From the NCBI GenBank assembly GCA_964508365.1, contig CAZDTP010000011.1:1-64000 (forward strand): DNA of 64,000 nucleotides. The letters are read 5' to 3'. Of the stretch, positions 58,786 to 64,000 are shown in pieces. The notes beneath the pieces were generated by a model that saw only the letters and a program-made list of their open reading frames with translations, was not told where the DNA came from and ran no database searches. Position numbers and translations under genes: made by a program. The number at the start of each line of letters is the position of its first letter. The stretch's first letter is position 1. Origin of the DNA: an uncultured archaeon. Its GTDB lineage: Archaea; Asgardarchaeota; Lokiarchaeia; Sigyniarchaeales; SOKP01.

Positions 58786-60168
58786 CTATTTCTTAATAAT
58801 TCGAAAATCAGGAATTATTTTTTGTAATCTGTCAATTAACTTTTCAAGTTCTATAAAATTTTCGTTGAAATTTTCTAATTCTGAAATTAAATTATCCAAA
58901 TTGGTAGTAATGTTTATTTCGAAGGGATGATTGATAGCACTTATTCCTTTTAACATTTCAATAGAGAGATTTTCTATTTGATTCGTTAAATCTGAGATTT
59001 GTTTTGCTGAGTATTCAATTTTCTCTCTTGTGTTTGTGTCTAATTTTGATAGTTCGTATAGTTTATTAATAGATTCATTGAGCTCATCTTTTATAGACTT
59101 AGAGATATCACTGATACTTTGTTCTAAATATTCGCTAATTTCACTTTTTAAGATTTCACTAATCCCGTAGGTATTCGATTTTAATTCTTCTTGTCCCTCA
59201 AGACGTTTTCTTATGTATTCTTCCACTTTTTCCTTATATTCATCCAACCTTTCTTTAAATTTTAAGTCAATCCAATTTTCTACTTTTTCAAAACCCCTAT
59301 TAATTCTGGAATTCATTTCTGATAGAGAGTTATTTATTTTATCAAGACCTATTAAAGCTCCATCATTAAATTCCGTAGACCATAATTCCAATTCGGATTT
59401 ATAATTATTCAAGACTAGGCTAGATAAATTCTGTAACCCTTTTTTAAACCCGTCTATAACCGGATTAATGTTAGGATAATTTATGTCGATTCTTGTATCA
59501 ACTTGATCGACTGACTTCGGAATTTCTTGAAGATCGCCTGGAATTCCTTCAATCGTCTCTAATCTCTCGCGTATTATATTTGGATCCTTTGCCTGACCAT
59601 ATTCAACAAGCTCTCGAACCCATCTGAAGAAGTCTAGGGATTTTGGCGTTTCTATTTCATATTTCACTCTAACAATTCCGCTTTTTTCGCCTAATTTGTG
59701 ATTTTTTAATTGAAATACATCTAAACCTAAATGATTGTTTTTTTTAAGTTTAGTGTGATCAAATACGATTCCAAATGCTAAGGAGTTTTGTTCATTTTGA
59801 AAGTATAAATGGTTCTTTTTATCAACATCTGAAAAGAAAAAAGAATCACTGTTGGGGTGTGAATGATACCAACCTACAACGGTAGGGTTCTCATCTTTAA
59901 CTTCTTCTTTTATCTGCTCAAGTACTTTATGAATCTTTTCTGAAAAACCTAATTCTACTTGATCACCGTGTGTAATGGGAATAGCTTTGATCACGTCAAT
60001 ATCATCGCTGTCAGGTTCTTTGTTTCCCAAACAAAATCCTAGAACTTGTTCATCGGAATCAAATATAGTATTAGCAAATCTTAATACATGAGTAAGAATA
60101 TCTTTATACACACTCATTCGTATGAACACTTTACCTTTTTCTCTAGTTTCAATTGTGCTCTCATTCAT
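58786..60168 (-). CDS. MPN/JAMM-domain protein with long helical (coiled-coil-like) C-terminus
   Basis: QVLGFCLG, AIPITHG and VVGWYHSHP...FSDVD, followed by about 270 helical residues. Confidence 0.88.
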   Translation of the reverse strand: MNESTIETREKGKVFIRMSVYKDILTHVLRFANTIFDSDEQVLGFCLGNKEPDSDDIDVIKAIPITHGDQVELGFSEKIHKVLEQIKEEVKDENPTVVGWYHSHPNSDSFFFSDVDKKNHLYFQNEQNSLAFGIVFDHTKLKKNNHLGLDVFQLKNHKLGEKSGIVRVKYEIETPKSLDFFRWVRELVEYGQAKDPNIIRERLETIEGIPGDLQEIPKSVDQVDTRIDINYPNINPVIDGFKKGLQNLSSLVLNNYKSELELWSTEFNDGALIGLDKINNSLSEMNSRINRGFEKVENWIDLKFKERLDEYKEKVEEYIRKRLEGQEELKSNTYGISEILKSEISEYLEQSISDISKSIKDELNESINKLYELSKLDTNTREKIEYSAKQISDLTNQIENLSIEMLKGISAINHPFEINITTNLDNLISELENFNENFIELEKLIDRLQKIIPDFRIIKK

Positions 60169-60170
60169 CT

Positions 60171-61625
60171 CTATTCTTTACCTCCTTTTTCGAGTTCTTT
60201 GATTTTTAATAATAACTCTTTTTTCTCAGATTCCAATTTATCGATTTTTTCAAAGATGGGTGCTTTTGTTCCTTCCAAAATTAAAACTGCAGCTTTTAAG
60301 TTTGTTACAAACTTTTGAGAATTCTTTTGTAGATCACTAATTGAATTCTTTATTAAGCCATGCTTCTTCGATGTAAGATCTGAGGTTTCTTTTTGCATTC
60401 TTTTTATCTTTTCGAGTGTAGCGTCTTTTATCGTAATTATTTTATCAGATAAAATATTTAATGAATTTTCTAATTTTTCGAGATTCTCGAGATTAGTAGT
60501 TAGATTTCCATTGAGATTCATTATTTTACTGCTCCATTCGTCGTGATCTTTTGAGAAATCATTTTTTAATGCTTCAAATTTCTCCTTAAATGAAATATTT
60601 AGTTTCTCTTGAACGAATTCTTCTATTTCTCTCAAAATTTTTCCTATCTCATCATGATATACATCTATTTGGTCTAGAAAGTCGTCAACATAACCTTCTG
60701 CGTTAAACAATTCAGAATTTAAATCGTCTTTATATTTCCTTTGTATTTTATCAATTCCAGAGTTCACTAAATTTTTTAATTGAGATAAATTGTTTCTGAT
60801 TTCAATGTTGTTATTCTCAATTTCTCCCGAAATGTTTTTTGATATCGAATTTAAATAGTTAATCAAGGGTGTTAAAGATAAATCTATAAAGTTAGAAAGA
60901 CCGATTTGAACTGATTCAATAATTTTATGTTGATCTATTTCAGGTTGCTTAAACCTTAATTGATTCAATTCAGGGACTTGAACATCACCAAAGATATCAG
61001 CTGTTTCGTTTTCTTCTGTAATAGGGGGCTCATTTGAATATACACAATTAATTAGATCAACAATTTTAAAATAATACTCTAAATCGTTAGGAGGTTCAAC
61101 AATAGCCTTCACATCGTGAACACTCGAATCCCTGATATCTGTTGGATTAGTTAATCTAATAGCCTTAAATCCCAGATCATCTGGATGTTCCAAATATGCG
61201 TGGTCAAAAACTAGTGCTATTCCACTTGGATTCAATTCATTTTGCCAACCGAATTGATTTTTTACATCCGTAGGCGAAAAGAAAATCTTGTGCTGGAATA
61301 ACAGAGGATGTGAATGATACCAGCCCACAATAAAAAATCCTTTATCGTAGTACATCGAATTAGCTTTTTCAAAGAAAATATAATCGTTAATCGAGAATTC
61401 TACTTCTACGCTACTCCCATGAGAGATTGGTACGGAATCTTCAATTACGACATTCTTAAACTTCTTATCTTCGCCATCTTCGAGGTGCCCAATAAGCACT
61501 CCCATTACTTCGATACACTGAGAATGATTTCGAGCCTTGTTTCCAAAACGTAATACATGTAACACCATTTTATAATAAGCAAGTGGCTTTATCTTTACAA
61601 CGCTATTATCTATATCTTTACCCAA
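60171..61625 (-). CDS. MPN/JAMM-domain protein with long helical (coiled-coil-like) C-terminus
   Basis: IEVMGVLIG, SVPISHG and IVGWYHSHP...FSPTD, followed by about 290 helical residues. Confidence 0.9.
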   Translation of the reverse strand: MGKDIDNSVVKIKPLAYYKMVLHVLRFGNKARNHSQCIEVMGVLIGHLEDGEDKKFKNVVIEDSVPISHGSSVEVEFSINDYIFFEKANSMYYDKGFFIVGWYHSHPLLFQHKIFFSPTDVKNQFGWQNELNPSGIALVFDHAYLEHPDDLGFKAIRLTNPTDIRDSSVHDVKAIVEPPNDLEYYFKIVDLINCVYSNEPPITEENETADIFGDVQVPELNQLRFKQPEIDQHKIIESVQIGLSNFIDLSLTPLINYLNSISKNISGEIENNNIEIRNNLSQLKNLVNSGIDKIQRKYKDDLNSELFNAEGYVDDFLDQIDVYHDEIGKILREIEEFVQEKLNISFKEKFEALKNDFSKDHDEWSSKIMNLNGNLTTNLENLEKLENSLNILSDKIITIKDATLEKIKRMQKETSDLTSKKHGLIKNSISDLQKNSQKFVTNLKAAVLILEGTKAPIFEKIDKLESEKKELLLKIKELEKGGKE

Positions 61626-61873
61626 TATAAATCACTTCATCTTTAGAGAAACTAATGAATTTATTCTATAATATTTTTTATTTTTAACAATAATAATTTT
61701 GAGCAGTTAATATAAATGTATTGTGAATGATAATTTATTCTTCTTTTTCATTTATATCTTTTATTAGATTCTTAATTTTTAAAACAATCTTAATCAACAC
61801 CTAGTTAAAAATAAGAATCCTACTTTTTTTTGTAAGAAAGGTTAATAGGAAATAATAGAATAAACGTTTTAAT

Positions 61874-62548
61874 TTAATGGGGTAGTGGTTTGCCGCAGTA
61901 AGGACAGAATTTCCAGTCTAAATCTTTCCCACAATGAGGACAAAAAGTGGAAGAACCAGTTGTAGAGTTATCAGGCGTAACATATTCTACACCCTCTCCT
62001 TTTGGGATTGGAGGTAAACTTTTGGTAGTTTTTAGCGTCGATGGTGCTTGTTGACTTGCTTGAGCTCTTTTTTCTTCCTTAACATACTTCATCCTCTCTT
62101 GAAATGCTTGGCGTTTTTCGTCTTCTAATTCTTGATTTGACTTCATGCCCTCTTCTTTTACCCATCCTGTTGCTGCTGGTCTCTTCATTTCGCTTTCTGG
62201 AACTTTTTCTAATTCAACTTCTTTAGCTTCAGAAATCGGGGCTATAACTTTTTTTTCTTCTTTATTAGTAATAGCCTGCTTAGTTAATGCGTGAGTAGTT
62301 TTCATAATTTGGTGGGGATTTATATTTGGAATTGCTACTGTTCTCAGCACCCATCCCACTATGAGATTTTGGTTAGGAAAACCAGAAGCGCTCATATCTT
62401 CTTCTTTAAAAACATAGGAATCAATAACATCTTTGCCTTTTAGTAAACGGATAGCCCATTTATCGTTTATAAGCCCTAATTGAATCCTATACGAAGTTCC
62501 AGGAATCCCTAGTTGACTACTTAGAGGTTCAAATCCTTGTTTAGAAAT
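61874..62548 (-). CDS. Hypothetical protein with C-terminal double zinc ribbon (apparent ATT start)
   Basis: The frame stays open for 51 codons upstream of the ATG at 62395 ((M)SKQGFEPLSSQLGIPGTSYRIQLGLINDKWAIRLLKG...) with no ATG, GTG or TTG. C-terminus CPHCG...CPYCG. Confidence 0.7.
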   Translation of the reverse strand: MSKQGFEPLSSQLGIPGTSYRIQLGLINDKWAIRLLKGKDVIDSYVFKEEDMSASGFPNQNLIVGWVLRTVAIPNINPHQIMKTTHALTKQAITNKEEKKVIAPISEAKEVELEKVPESEMKRPAATGWVKEEGMKSNQELEDEKRQAFQERMKYVKEEKRAQASQQAPSTLKTTKSLPPIPKGEGVEYVTPDNSTTGSSTFCPHCGKDLDWKFCPYCGKPLPH

Positions 62549-62782
62549 AATTACATCAACTCAAATTATAAGAAAATCTAATTAATTGGAAGCAAATCTA
62601 ATTTGTTGAAATTATAATATTATCATAATTTTCGAGTTTAAATAATTTTATATTTGGTGGCTGAAAAAAAAAAAATATTTTGGGATTTAGACATAATTGA
62701 AGTAATATAAAATCTAAAAAAATAGACATAAATATGAGATCTTGTATAAGCTTATCAAAAAAGAAATCTTTGAATTAAAAAT

Positions 62783-63729
62783 ATGACTGTATTTATTCCC
62801 AAAAATGTTTATTTGACCATCGTTGCTGCATGTGGTAGGTATGCCAATAAACGAATTGATAAAGACGATTGGCTTGAGGTTAATGGTATATTGGAAGAAA
62901 TGAAGGAAACGATGTATATATTACAAAAACGTATCCCATAATGCATCAAGAACTGGATAAGGATGCTGTTATTGATCAATATAAATGGAGTATCGAAGAT
63001 TATGAAACTTTTTCTATTATTGATGACGAAGCCTTTTCAAATGGTGAATTTACAGTAGGATGGTGGCACAGTCATCCTGGATTCAAGATTATGATGTCCC
63101 ATATTGATATCAAAACTACTCTGAGTTATCAAACAAATAATCCTCTTGCTGTTTCATTAGTGTTTAATCCTGATAGATTAGTGAGACAAGTTGAACTTCC
63201 TGACAAAAAAGGTGATCCAGTAAAACAACTTGAGGGCGATCCTGGATTTAAAATATTTAGACTAGATGATGTAAATAAAGGAATTCAAGCGTCCTATCAT
63301 ACTGTAGATTATATTGTTGAAGGTTTCGATACCAGGGAGCAATTAGTAACATTAACTCAGAAATTTTTAATTGATATTACTATCATGTTTCCAAAAGACA
63401 ATATATTTGAAACATATGAAAAGTTCGTAAATGACCGAATTAACGAGTTAAATTCACTTATTCAAGGAACGGATGAATATTTAAGTACACTTATGAGAAA
63501 AGGAGAATCTGGCAGGGTGTACGAGGTATTAGAAAATCAGACTCGAGATATTAGAAAATTTGTTGCTGAAACATTCGTCAAAATCGAGAACATTAAACAA
63601 TTTATGGAATTTTTAGAGTATAAAGAGCGAGATATCGTTATCCCTAAAATAAAAGAAATAATGTCTAAATGGGATGAAACTATTGAACACCTAAATGAAA
63701 CGCTTACAGAGATAGCTAAAAAGTATTAA
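62783..63729 (+). pseudogene. MPN/JAMM-domain gene with a frameshift near 62891
   Basis: The ATG at 62783 gives MTVFIPKNVYLTIV...WLEVNGI. The frame from 62893 gives GRNEGNDVYITKTYPIMHQ...VGWWHSHPGFKIMMSHID. Together these form one MPN domain. Confidence 0.85.
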
Positions 63730-63858
63730 TCTTTGAAAAGAATATTCTGCAATGTTTTTTCTAATTTTCCTATTTCTAATCTGTTGTTTAAAGGGAAAAT
63801 CTTAATTTTAATTATTCACTATTCTACTTTATAAATTAAATAGCTATATTCGATTATT

Positions 63859-64000
63859 ATGCGTAAAGTTCAATTTCCTTTTGTTGCTATTTTAGGGCAA
63901 GAAAGAATGAAACTCGGTCTTATATTAAACGTTATCGATCCTCAAATTGGTGGAGTATTGTTAACTGGACAACAAGGAACCGGTAAATCTACAGGAGTAC
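63859..64000 (+). CDS. Mg/Co-chelatase ChlI-like AAA+ ATPase (5' part, runs off the window)
   Basis: MRKVQFPFVAILGQERMKLGLILNVIDPQIGGVLLTGQQGTGKST. This matches the FPFxAIxGQ...GGVL and Walker A pattern. Confidence 0.88.
   Translation, partial: MRKVQFPFVAILGQERMKLGLILNVIDPQIGGVLLTGQQGTGKSTGV

Noticed and set aside
1819-61553. Short antisense or alternate-frame ORFs in the track (e.g. 1819-2046, 3235-3420, 4057-4425, 21571-21813, 42990-43361, 52225-52572, 61314-61553)
   Set aside because: They lie inside well-supported genes and have no recognisable motifs, so I treated them as shadow ORFs.
1-64000. CRISPR arrays, rRNA genes, transposases or integrases
   Set aside because: I saw no regularly spaced repeats, no long GC-rich structured RNA and no DDE or tyrosine-recombinase ORF.

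Overview
This is an AT-rich archaeal chromosome segment. The gene content points to an Asgard archaeon of the Lokiarchaeia type: an Arf-like small GTPase, a TPR protein with a PCI-like winged-helix tail, an LRR protein, three MPN/JAMM genes, two PAC2 chaperones and an intron-containing tRNA. That taxonomic call is my inference from motifs, not a database result. About 55 protein genes and one tRNA-Ala(GGC) with a 29-nt D-loop intron are supported. No CRISPR array, rRNA or transposase was found. The most interesting observations are: (1) four genes whose N-termini appear to need ATT or ATA start codons; (2) a cluster of three MPN/JAMM proteins with long helical tails, including a probable active/inactive tandem pair, next to a chelatase-type AAA ATPase; (3) a cytosolic LRR-TIR protein; (4) two small islets flanked by direct repeats; (5) a CopA with a Cys/His-rich C-terminal mini-domain that has a free-standing paralog next door; (6) a eukaryote-type xylulokinase beside rpe and rpiA. 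All product calls come from recognising motifs by eye.
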